Sequence record: NC_048747.1
Strand: one strand, 5' to 3'
DNA: 64,000 nt
Both the position numbers and the translations under genes were made by a program. The notes beneath the pieces were generated by a model. That model was given only the letters and a program-made list of their open reading frames with translations. It had not been told where the DNA came from and searched no databases. How positions within the stretch are numbered: position 1 is the first letter of the stretch; every line of letters starts with the position of its first letter. This document shows, piece after piece, positions 46,201 through 54,783 of the stretch.

Positions 46201-47559
46201 TTAATGGATAGTAGGTGAGTTCAACAAGTCTTGTTCAGTAATCACGTTAGTAGACTCTAAATCTGCCGGCTTCACGTTAGTGTACGGTGCAAACAGTTCA
46301 GTTTCTACATCGAACAGGTGTTGGTGTAACGCGTCGTAGAACGTACCTGAGTAAGTTTGACAACGTTTTGCAATTAGCTGTTCTTCGTGTGGTAAGATAA
46401 AGGTTTCACCTTCTTGTGTAGTGTGCAGGTACATATTAGAAATATCCAGCTTCACTTCACGCGACATGTTAGTTGAGATGTCGTTGATGGTTTCCAGCAT
46501 CCAAGAAATCTCTTCATCAATCTTAGCACGACCTGCTTCGCAAACATCGTCGAATCCCCAAACACGAACCGTGTGTTTAGCGATAGGGTGGTGGATAGCA
46601 CGGATGTACAATTGCTCGATTTCTTTGTTCAACACTTCGTAACCAGTATTGTAGTTCAGCAAGTTACCGATAATGATGTTCATGTGATCAATGTGTTCTT
46701 GAATCTTAGACAAAATCTCACGGTCGGTATTATCTTCACCCCATACTGCTAGATCGACTGGGGAGCGTTCGATAACGAAATCTGACTCAGAACGGTAAGG
46801 TTGGAAGTCCAAGCCAAGAGTGATTTTATGATCTTCGATGTTGAGCGAGAACCATAAGTCGTTGTCTTTAACTTGTTCAGTTTTACCTGACCAATCATTG
46901 ACCAGATCACCGATTTTACCCAAGCTGTCCGCAATACGTTTAGCGTTACGGTTAACCACAGTTTCAACGTGTTGTACGTCGCCAGCTGTCATGTCGCCAA
47001 AGTGTTTATCGATCCATTCATCAGATGGCTCCGGAACTACAGCGTTAGGCACACGGTTCACTACCATTGGGTAATGTTTGTTACGGTGTTTGCTGATGTC
47101 TTCCGCTACGTCTTCCATGCTTAAGTTGGCTAGGAACTTAATCAGTTCTTTTAACTTAGATTGATCTTCATAAGTAGTCGCTTCACCCATCCCTTTACGG
47201 ATCTCAGTGAGTTGCTCTAGGATGGTCTTCACCATCACGTTGTAGATCAAGTATTCTACAGGACCACGTTCGTCGAACCACTTCTTGAGTTCTTTCGCTC
47301 CAGCTGGCATTGTTGGGTCGTCAGACTTCAGGTACTCATCTAACTCGACTGGTAGATTAAAGTCTACACGAATGCGAGTCATAGGTAAGTAGGCGTGCTC
47401 ACTGATGGTAATCTCCATATCTTCAGGATCAACACCAGTGTGTGATAAAGCCATCGTCCCATTTTGTACAACCGGCATGACGAATGTACGATCACTGAGT
47501 CCTTCAATAACGTAGACAAACAGTTTCCAAAGTTCGTGGTTAGGTTTTGACTTAGTCAT
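46201..47559 (-). CDS. Hypothetical protein (possibly virion), divergent from the helicase
   Basis: 452-aa ORF. Confidence 0.55.
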   Translation of the reverse strand: MTKSKPNHELWKLFVYVIEGLSDRTFVMPVVQNGTMALSHTGVDPEDMEITISEHAYLPMTRIRVDFNLPVELDEYLKSDDPTMPAGAKELKKWFDERGPVEYLIYNVMVKTILEQLTEIRKGMGEATTYEDQSKLKELIKFLANLSMEDVAEDISKHRNKHYPMVVNRVPNAVVPEPSDEWIDKHFGDMTAGDVQHVETVVNRNAKRIADSLGKIGDLVNDWSGKTEQVKDNDLWFSLNIEDHKITLGLDFQPYRSESDFVIERSPVDLAVWGEDNTDREILSKIQEHIDHMNIIIGNLLNYNTGYEVLNKEIEQLYIRAIHHPIAKHTVRVWGFDDVCEAGRAKIDEEISWMLETINDISTNMSREVKLDISNMYLHTTQEGETFILPHEEQLIAKRCQTYSGTFYDALHQHLFDVETELFAPYTNVKPADLESTNVITEQDLLNSPTIH

Positions 47560-47606
47560 GTCAGTTTCCTTTTTCTTTTTGATTTAAACTATAATAAGAG
47601 GTTAAT

Positions 47607-50372
47607 ATGTTTAGTGGTTTATTTGGACCTAGTATCGAGGTTGATGATAACCGTGCTATTATTAGCGGGTTATCTTGGCGACCTTTCGAACAGGACATAA
47701 TTAGACTTTACGGAACCACGACCGTAACGAAGTATATGATGAATCGAATTAACTCACGTAAATTCGAAGTCAAGTCATTTTTCCTTTTGGAGCTTAATCA
47801 CCTAATAACTAAACTATTGCAGTTAAAAAGTACCCGGGTGAATCGTCGTGATCTGAAGAAAGTTCAAGAGCTCATTCAAACCGAAACGTGGATACAGGAC
47901 ACCATGGTCCCTAAACCATCTACGTTTGATTACAATAAGTTAAAGCGCACAGTTAAACTAAAACCACTGGACCCTCAACTCCGATTCTTGGAAACGTATA
48001 CTTCCCGCAAAGAATCGTACCACCTAAAGGGTTTGTTATTAGATGGTAAGGCGGGTAGCGGTAAAGCTCAACCACTGAGCGCTAAAATTAAAGTCCCGGG
48101 TGGTTGGTCTACCATGGGTGAAATGTACCGTGGTAAAGTCGTAGAGACACCAGACGGAGGTTACACTACAGTACTAGGTGTCTACCCTCAAGGTCTTACT
48201 GAAGTCGTTGAAGTAGAGCTAGAGGATGGTCGTAAGACTCAGTGTAACCCGGAGCACTTGTGGAAAGTCTACGTCGATGGCGAATGGGTAGTTAAAGAAA
48301 CCCAAGACATCATGGAAGATTACACTGAGAAAAACTATTACATTCCTTTAGTTGACTCCATTATCCCAGAAGAACTTATTCCTAGCTGGTTTAACCAAGG
48401 CATGTCGTTGCGAGTGGGCGCTAAGAACGGTTATGAACGTGACTTGATTCATAAGACCACCAACGACGAACGTTACTCTTGGTTACGTGGTGTCTTAGAG
48501 CCAGGTCAAGCCCATGGTCGCTTTGATGACGAATACCTAGCCAACCTCGTAGTAGAAGTTGCTCGCAGTCTAGGTCACCATGCTAAGTTGTGTCCTGAAG
48601 ACAACGGTTGGTTGGTGGAGACTCATTTAGGGTTTGATCGCATCCGTATTAAACACATCACCCGTAAAGAAGACCAACTGACGCAATGCATCATGGTAGA
48701 AGGTCCAGATCACCTTTACATTACCGATGACTATATCGTTACCCACAATACCGCTTTGTCGTTGATGTGGGCTGAGTCACTCCCTAAAGGTAAGACCGTG
48801 GGGTTTGTTCCCCTTAACGTGATTGATGAAGTGTGGGCTAACCACATGACCAATAACATCAAACACGAAGTCTGGGTTAAACCACCGAAGTTCTGGCACT
48901 CTAAGATGGGACGTCCTCCTCAAAAAGATGACGAGTATTACTTTATCCATTACGAGTTTATGCTGGATCCATTGTGTGACAAATACATGCGAATGATCAA
49001 TCAATTCAATGCTGGTAATCCGGCGTTTAAAATGATCGTCGATGAATGTCACAACTTCAACGACCCTAACTCTAAGCGCACTAAGAAACTTATCGAATAT
49101 AACGAAGTCTATAAGTTCACAGATGCGTTACCAATGTCCGGTACGCCTATTAAAGGGATCGGTAAAGAGTCGTACGCAGTCTTTTGTCTTATCGATGGGT
49201 TCTTTAAGGGTAATGTTCGTAAAGCCTTCCAGGATGGTTATGGGCGTTCTCGTGATAAACTTAACGAGTTGCTGGCTCACCGTATTGGTGCGGAGAAATA
49301 CACCATCGCAGTATTGGACGGTATGGATGATGCGCCTCCAGCGGAACGAGTTAAAGTCAAAGTCCCTAATGCGGAACACTTTACTTTGGATTCTATCCGT
49401 AACCAGATGCAAACTTACATCCAAGACCGCTACAAGTATTACTCCAACAACATGGATAAATACGTTAACTACTTTAACCAAGTCATCTCTGATTACCGAC
49501 ATTACTGTGCGAAACGTAACGACTTACAAGCTTTGTCCGAACTAGATGAATACCTCACTATTGTAAACAAATTCCGTAAAGAAGGTTACAACAACTTTAC
49601 TGATGCGGATTTGTCTAAGCGAGCGAAGGCTATCGAGTTAGACATCGAAGCTTGGATGGCACCAACGGACCGTAAACACTTCCGTAATGCTAAGTCTATC
49701 GTTAAGTATGTTGGGTTGAAGATTCAAGGTGAAGCCCTAGGTAACGTTTTAGGTAAGGCTCGCATCGAAGCGGTTAAAGCTTTAGTAGAGTACGCTGATC
49801 TACCTAAGTACATCGACCATGTAGAAAAGAAAACGTTGATCTTTACTGACCACGTTGACGTAGTCTACGAATGTGACGAACGCTTAAGCCGACAAGGTTA
49901 CGACACCATCTTTGTTTACGGAGAGAACACCAACGACCGAGATCGTCTCGTCAAAGAGTTTGAACAAAAAGACACTAAGAACCCTTTGATCACGACATTC
50001 AAATCTCTATCGACTGGTTATCCGTTACTCATGGCTAACCAAGTGTTGTGTATGAACGCACCTTGGCGTGAGTACATCATGACACAAACTATTGCTCGTG
50101 TGCACCGTCAAGGTCAAACCGCTCCAACCTTCGCCTACATCTTTGAGTTAGACACCAATGGTCGTGAGAACGTCACTGGTCGTAACTTGGATATCATGGA
50201 GTGGAGTAAACAACAAGTAGCACAAATCATGTCAGTACAACACGGTGATGATGTCACTTTAGTTGGTGTCGCTGGTATGGAAGATTTGTTTGATTCTGAT
50301 CGTACGTTGTGGAACGAACCATTATCTATGCCAAAGGTTATCACTTCAGCTAACCCTATGGATTTGTTTTAA
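47607..50372 (+). CDS. SF2 SNF2/DExH-type helicase containing an intein
   Basis: Walker A GKAGSGK|T split by the intein; IVDECH; MSGTP; QTIARVHRQGQ. Confidence 0.88.
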   Translation: MFSGLFGPSIEVDDNRAIISGLSWRPFEQDIIRLYGTTTVTKYMMNRINSRKFEVKSFFLLELNHLITKLLQLKSTRVNRRDLKKVQELIQTETWIQDTMVPKPSTFDYNKLKRTVKLKPLDPQLRFLETYTSRKESYHLKGLLLDGKAGSGKAQPLSAKIKVPGGWSTMGEMYRGKVVETPDGGYTTVLGVYPQGLTEVVEVELEDGRKTQCNPEHLWKVYVDGEWVVKETQDIMEDYTEKNYYIPLVDSIIPEELIPSWFNQGMSLRVGAKNGYERDLIHKTTNDERYSWLRGVLEPGQAHGRFDDEYLANLVVEVARSLGHHAKLCPEDNGWLVETHLGFDRIRIKHITRKEDQLTQCIMVEGPDHLYITDDYIVTHNTALSLMWAESLPKGKTVGFVPLNVIDEVWANHMTNNIKHEVWVKPPKFWHSKMGRPPQKDDEYYFIHYEFMLDPLCDKYMRMINQFNAGNPAFKMIVDECHNFNDPNSKRTKKLIEYNEVYKFTDALPMSGTPIKGIGKESYAVFCLIDGFFKGNVRKAFQDGYGRSRDKLNELLAHRIGAEKYTIAVLDGMDDAPPAERVKVKVPNAEHFTLDSIRNQMQTYIQDRYKYYSNNMDKYVNYFNQVISDYRHYCAKRNDLQALSELDEYLTIVNKFRKEGYNNFTDADLSKRAKAIELDIEAWMAPTDRKHFRNAKSIVKYVGLKIQGEALGNVLGKARIEAVKALVEYADLPKYIDHVEKKTLIFTDHVDVVYECDERLSRQGYDTIFVYGENTNDRDRLVKEFEQKDTKNPLITTFKSLSTGYPLLMANQVLCMNAPWREYIMTQTIARVHRQGQTAPTFAYIFELDTNGRENVTGRNLDIMEWSKQQVAQIMSVQHGDDVTLVGVAGMEDLFDSDRTLWNEPLSMPKVITSANPMDLF
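48066..48749 (+). mobile_element. Class 3 intein (Ala1, 228 aa, residues 154-381) with a decayed LAGLIDADG remnant
   Basis: Starts AQPLSAKI after GSGK; block B NPEHLW, block F TQCIMV, block G IVTHN then extein Thr; W-C-T class 3 signature. Confidence 0.88.
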
Positions 50373-50420
50373 AAAATAAAAGCAACTATAACCTCCTACC
50401 CTGTTCGGGTAGGAGGTTAT
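50371..50420 (-). terminator. CTCCTACC-family hairpin terminator at a convergent junction
   Basis: ATAACCTCCTACCC-tgttc-GGGTAGGAGGTTAT 14-bp stem; TTTTATTTTTT downstream on the minus strand. Confidence 0.7.
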
Positions 50421-50426
50421 TTACGT

Positions 50427-50918
50427 TTATCGCTTTTTAGAGTGGCGTTCTGAAGCATTCATGATCTCAGTTAACATAGTGGTGGTGAGCTCACGGATGT
50501 TAGGGGTTTCGATCATAATGTCTTCTTCAATTTGAGAAGAGATGCGAACGTAATCCATACTGAAGTCCAGCTTGGTATAGAAGAAGCAACCTTGGATACA
50601 GAACTCTTCACGATAAATGTTAATGAGTATGGACAGACATGTGCGAGGAGTGCGGGTTAATGTGATCACACCATTAGGTTCAATTAAGAATAAACCCAGT
50701 AGAATTTGAGTTAGGTTTTGTGGACCCCATTCCTCACTTCCATAAAAGCCGTCTATGAAGCTTTTCGGATAAGTGCGTCTAACGGTAGTGGTGTCTTGAC
50801 CATTGTTGAGTGAAATAACCAACACCCCATAATTACCGTTCATGGACGATTCGATTGAAGAACTGGTTTGTGTGCTAAAGGTAAATCGACGACCTTCAAA
50901 AATAGTTTCTTTGTGCAT
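50427..50918 (-). CDS. Hypothetical protein
   Basis: 163-aa ORF. Confidence 0.55.
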   Translation of the reverse strand: MHKETIFEGRRFTFSTQTSSSIESSMNGNYGVLVISLNNGQDTTTVRRTYPKSFIDGFYGSEEWGPQNLTQILLGLFLIEPNGVITLTRTPRTCLSILINIYREEFCIQGCFFYTKLDFSMDYVRISSQIEEDIMIETPNIRELTTTMLTEIMNASERHSKKR

Positions 50919-51408
50919 GGAAAGATTCCTTAATTAAGTAGTGACGCTGGAAGACGTGACGGTCTAGTATAGTTGGTTTCCAGTCATCTATGTTTAAAAT
51001 GAGATTGCGTTCACCGACTACCTTTAATCCGATCTTACGACCTTCCTTTAAGTAGAGTGAAGCGTTGCGTGTACGATAACTTACCTTCCACTCTGATTCA
51101 TCCAGAGCGTCGAGTAATTGTTTTAAAGTCGCTAATACGAACTTGTACGTTCGACGACTGACTTGATCAAATAGATATTGGTTAGTTAAAAATTCAAATA
51201 ACACACTAACTAAATCGTTAGGGTGAACCGGTCGGAATATAGTAAAAGCGGCATACTTGGTACGTTGGTTCCCCTTACCGGAGGAACCAACGTAACCTAA
51301 CCACTTACCATCCCGTTTTTCTACCACACACCAGTATTGTTGATGGCGGTGTAACACTGCCCTGGAGACGTCTATGTCATCAGGGAGGTCTGGGAGGTCA
51401 GTATCCAT
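50896..51408 (-). CDS. Hypothetical protein
   Basis: 170-aa ORF. Confidence 0.55.
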   Translation of the reverse strand: MDTDLPDLPDDIDVSRAVLHRHQQYWCVVEKRDGKWLGYVGSSGKGNQRTKYAAFTIFRPVHPNDLVSVLFEFLTNQYLFDQVSRRTYKFVLATLKQLLDALDESEWKVSYRTRNASLYLKEGRKIGLKVVGERNLILNIDDWKPTILDRHVFQRHYLIKESFHAQRNYF

Positions 51409-51409
51409 G

Positions 51410-51934
51410 TCATTCTACCAAATCCGTTAACACTAGGTTAAAAGACGCGCTAGGAGTGTGTGGGTTGAATATCGTTCCACTTAATCCTAAACGACTGTCT
51501 TCAGGTAAATGATTATTGAGTTGGTCTACAAAGCGTTCTTGTAAATCTTCACCAGTAAAGTACTTACCGTTTTCCTCTTTAGCGAGACGATAAGACTCAA
51601 CACAAATATGACGGAAGAACTCTTCCGGCAATACTCGCTTCAAATCATTGGTGACTGGGAACTCTTTGTACTTGAGTCCGTTCTTAAGACCGAGCTTGGT
51701 GTTCAACGTAGAAGTGAACCCTTTAGGCAGAACCGTCATTTGAATGCAGTTAGAAACAGTGAGTGTTCCCGGTTTAGCCCCCAGGTGAGTTACTTCACGA
51801 TGCACTTGGCGACGAGCATCATTAAGCCGAGTGGAGATTCCACGCAAACAAGCAGACTCACTGCTCTTACGTAGAGAGACAACTGAACTAGCAAAATCCT
51901 CTGCCATTTTTATAAAAATTATTTCCTTGCTCAT
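51410..51934 (-). CDS. Hypothetical protein
   Basis: 174-aa ORF. Confidence 0.55.
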   Translation of the reverse strand: MSKEIIFIKMAEDFASSVVSLRKSSESACLRGISTRLNDARRQVHREVTHLGAKPGTLTVSNCIQMTVLPKGFTSTLNTKLGLKNGLKYKEFPVTNDLKRVLPEEFFRHICVESYRLAKEENGKYFTGEDLQERFVDQLNNHLPEDSRLGLSGTIFNPHTPSASFNLVLTDLVE

Positions 51935-51954
51935 GGTTATAAAACCTTAATCTA

Positions 51955-52407
51955 TTAGCTTGCTTTAGGTAACAAGACATTGGTGAAAATGCGACCGTAA
52001 TAACATGGGTGTTGTAATACCCAACGGCCTTCAAAACCTTCCGGTTTAAAAATGAGTTGGTCTTCTGTGAAAGAAGAACCTAGCAAGCGGTTGATATCTT
52101 CCAGCTTATGGTTAGGACGAACAGCGACGTAATGATGCATGGCACCTTCATCGTAGTACAACCCTTCTTCTCCTTCTTTGAGTCCACCTTGAGTGTTACA
52201 AAGATCATTGAGTTTAGGTGTAATACTTATACGCTTCCAAGACAATGGAATGCGTCTGCCGTTGTTAAACCCCTCTGCTGTGAAACGATCTGGGTAATCT
52301 GGGTTTTGCTTGATGGTGTCTAGATTGACTTCGAATTCTCCATCTAACGCAATACCGTGTTGTGAGATTACCAAACGTTTAATCATTTCCGCTAATGACG
52401 CTTTCAT
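51955..52407 (-). CDS. Putative virion protein consisting only of the N-terminal domain shared with 54784-59313 and 59384-60568
   Basis: GLYY...DINRLLGSSF..DQL vs GLYY...DIQKLLGFEFDPGEL. Confidence 0.5.
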   Translation of the reverse strand: MKASLAEMIKRLVISQHGIALDGEFEVNLDTIKQNPDYPDRFTAEGFNNGRRIPLSWKRISITPKLNDLCNTQGGLKEGEEGLYYDEGAMHHYVAVRPNHKLEDINRLLGSSFTEDQLIFKPEGFEGRWVLQHPCYYGRIFTNVLLPKAS

Positions 52408-52492
52408 AGACTGTACCTTATTATTTTTACTGAGTTTTCACTTTGTGAGAGAGTGAAGTTTTTTGATCAATAAAATTCAAAGGTACAGTCTA
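52407..52492 (-). promoter_or_regulatory. Long inverted repeat sequestering the RBS and start of 51955-52407
   Basis: TAGACTGTACCTT (52407-52419) and AAGGTACAGTCTA (52480-52492) form a perfect 13-bp inverted repeat enclosing an inner TTCACT/AGTGAA hairpin. Confidence 0.55.
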
Positions 52493-52499
52493 AAGTTAC

Positions 52500-52832
52500 T
52501 TATCGAATTTTGTTAAAGGTAAATCCGAATATGTAATCGCCCACTACCCAAGCATGACGGAATGGAATTCCTTCAGGTAACAGACTTGCTGCGTCCAAGT
52601 AAGGACCTTCGAATACACTCGTGATAGCACTGAGTAGTTCTCGTTCCATTGGTTGTAAATCATCCATCTCCAGTTCAGGGAGATCGTCCTTACCAGTGAC
52701 CGAGATTTTAGTGGCTGTAATAAGAACCTCGTAATCCAATACTTGGAAGTATTTACCGGTTGGGGTGTGCTCGGAGAACTGGTTGGCTTCTTCGATTGTC
52801 TTTTTGTAAAGCTCTAATTGGGTTTCTAACAT
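52500..52832 (-). CDS. Hypothetical protein
   Basis: 110-aa ORF. Confidence 0.55.
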   Translation of the reverse strand: MLETQLELYKKTIEEANQFSEHTPTGKYFQVLDYEVLITATKISVTGKDDLPELEMDDLQPMERELLSAITSVFEGPYLDAASLLPEGIPFRHAWVVGDYIFGFTFNKIR

Positions 52833-52835
52833 AAT

Positions 52836-53855
52836 TTAGATCTCGGTAAGTTGGTTGATTTTCTCGTCGATCATGTCACAGAACATCACGCGTCCACATG
52901 GTTCGGCGTCATGGTTACCAAAGTAGTTGTAAATGTACGTGATAAGCACCACATTCAATTTTAGATAATCACTTGGGAGAATGTCTTCAGGGAGATCTAA
53001 GACCGCTCCTGATTCGATAGAGACACAAAAATGATTGCCTTCGATTTCCACTTCTAAGATGCGTCCGTGTTCTTCACTTGGTCGCATGCTAAGGGTTACA
53101 TTGCTGGAATCACCTGTGATGTTAGGAGCAGGAAGATGCCCGTAAGTGGCAAGGTATTTAGGGTGGTCCATCAGTTCTGCTAGAATGGTGAGGCTGATTG
53201 GGACGTCGTAATAGAACTCCACACCGAAGCGTGCTTTTGCTTCTTCTCGGAGTTGTTGAATCAGTTCATCCACGACTGATTTATTACGACCACACCACAT
53301 CGCTAAAGATTCACTCGCCATACAGTGACGAGGTTCTGGGTCATCTAACACCGTTAAAACTTTACTACCTTCTAGGCGGTACGACCAAAGTATTTTCTCA
53401 GGTTCTGATGCCCAACGTCCTATGGACATAGGTAATACGGTTTCTTCGCCCAGTTCAACAGGAAAGGGGAATTTTTCTTCATTGGCCTTAAGGTGACGTA
53501 AGATGGTTCGCACGGTCACCAGTAGGTTAAAATACCCACGAGTCATGTCACGATCAACAATCTTAGGAATCCAACGGTTAATATCTCGGTGATCCAAGTA
53601 AGCCAGGTTCACCGCATCTCCCAAACGCCCAATCAAGAAATTGAACTTATTAGGAGATTCTTTAAAGGCCACGTCCACGGTACCACGACTACAAGTCAAG
53701 ATGTCTTCTTGTTCAGTCGTCCGCAACTTCCAATCTTCAGGAGATTGACATTCCAAAACAACACAACGGTCTCCGTCTAGTTCTGTTGCAAAAGGAACAA
53801 AGTTTACATCTAGTCCACCTAAGGTAGTTTTTATAGCTTGTATTAATTTTTTCAT
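52836..53855 (-). CDS. Hypothetical protein
   Basis: 339 aa with GGAG RBS. Confidence 0.6.
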   Translation of the reverse strand: MKKLIQAIKTTLGGLDVNFVPFATELDGDRCVVLECQSPEDWKLRTTEQEDILTCSRGTVDVAFKESPNKFNFLIGRLGDAVNLAYLDHRDINRWIPKIVDRDMTRGYFNLLVTVRTILRHLKANEEKFPFPVELGEETVLPMSIGRWASEPEKILWSYRLEGSKVLTVLDDPEPRHCMASESLAMWCGRNKSVVDELIQQLREEAKARFGVEFYYDVPISLTILAELMDHPKYLATYGHLPAPNITGDSSNVTLSMRPSEEHGRILEVEIEGNHFCVSIESGAVLDLPEDILPSDYLKLNVVLITYIYNYFGNHDAEPCGRVMFCDMIDEKINQLTEI

Positions 53856-53902
53856 ACTGACTCCGGTAAGTAACTAAAGGTGTCCGAAGACACCCTTAGC
53901 CG

Positions 53903-54673
53903 TTAACCTTGATATAAATGTTGGATGAGTTCAAATGAATCCAGACGATCATCGTCCCAGAACGTTGGATCCAAATGCTTGTACACGATGGCACTGTTGT
54001 TGGTGTTGATCGTTTCAAAGTGTAAAGTGATGTAAAAGTTATCCAGCTCAGTATGAACCATCTGCACTTTCGTTTCACAATACTCTCTAGAACGAGGACG
54101 AATCATACAATAAGTCAGCGTGATCGATTCATCTAGCTTTAAATCGAACTCTGCTGCGATATGAGGGAGGCTAAAGAACCACATCCATAAAGACATCCAA
54201 TTACTGCTAAAGTCCTTTAGATCTTCATCCAAGAGCTTTTGGTAATTACTCAATCCATATCGTAGTAACTTATTGGCAAGGTCGTCGTGATGGAGTTTCA
54301 TTAATTCTCCACCGACTTTAGTGACCAACGAATTAAGTGATTCTGCGTTCTCTGCAAACAAACGGAATAATTCCGAATGATTTAAGATAAGCGTTCGTAG
54401 TTCTTGAACCACTTTCACCGCAGGTACACGACCTTTATCGTTTAAGGTGACTTCATGATACTTCCCATCTTGATCTACGAAAAAGAATGAGGCGTATTGG
54501 TTTTCATGGTGTATCCCGAAAGACACTTCATCGGTACTAATCAGTTTACGATCTCGGTATTCATCGAATACTTCAACGTAACCCAGTATTTGACCTAGCC
54601 ATGACAAAGAGACCATTAACTGTTGGAAGTCATGACAATAACGTTGGTGTTGCATAGACATTTCCTTACTCAT
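53903..54673 (-). CDS. Hypothetical protein
   Basis: 256-aa ORF downstream of a promoter motif. Confidence 0.6.
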   Translation of the reverse strand: MSKEMSMQHQRYCHDFQQLMVSLSWLGQILGYVEVFDEYRDRKLISTDEVSFGIHHENQYASFFFVDQDGKYHEVTLNDKGRVPAVKVVQELRTLILNHSELFRLFAENAESLNSLVTKVGGELMKLHHDDLANKLLRYGLSNYQKLLDEDLKDFSSNWMSLWMWFFSLPHIAAEFDLKLDESITLTYCMIRPRSREYCETKVQMVHTELDNFYITLHFETINTNNSAIVYKHLDPTFWDDDRLDSFELIQHLYQG

Positions 54674-54704
54674 AAAAGCTTAATTAAGTTTCCCTTACAC
54701 TCTT

Positions 54705-54727
54705 ATGATATAGACTCGAAATAATAT
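54705..54727 (-). promoter_or_regulatory. Putative early-type promoter (CTATAT core)
   Basis: Minus strand ATATTATTTCGAGTCTATATCAT right after a hairpin. Confidence 0.4.
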
Positions 54728-54753
54728 AAAGCGGACTAAACGTCCGCTTTATA
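54725..54753 (-). terminator. Hairpin terminator after the Ig-repeat gene
   Basis: TATAAAGCGGAC-taaac-GTCCGCTTTATA 12-bp stem. Confidence 0.55.
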
Positions 54754-54783
54754 CTTCTTATTTTAATTATTTTGGTTTAGAGC

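Noticed and set aside
48300-48650. Active LAGLIDADG endonuclease in the intein
   Set aside because: Only about 90-100 aa lie between the splicing blocks and the LAGLIDADG motifs lack their catalytic acidic pattern
4533-50420. Repeated CTCCTACTCC palindromes as a CRISPR array or MITE ends
   Set aside because: Copies are single, kilobases apart, at gene ends and followed by T-tracts; there is no regular spacing, cas gene or transposase
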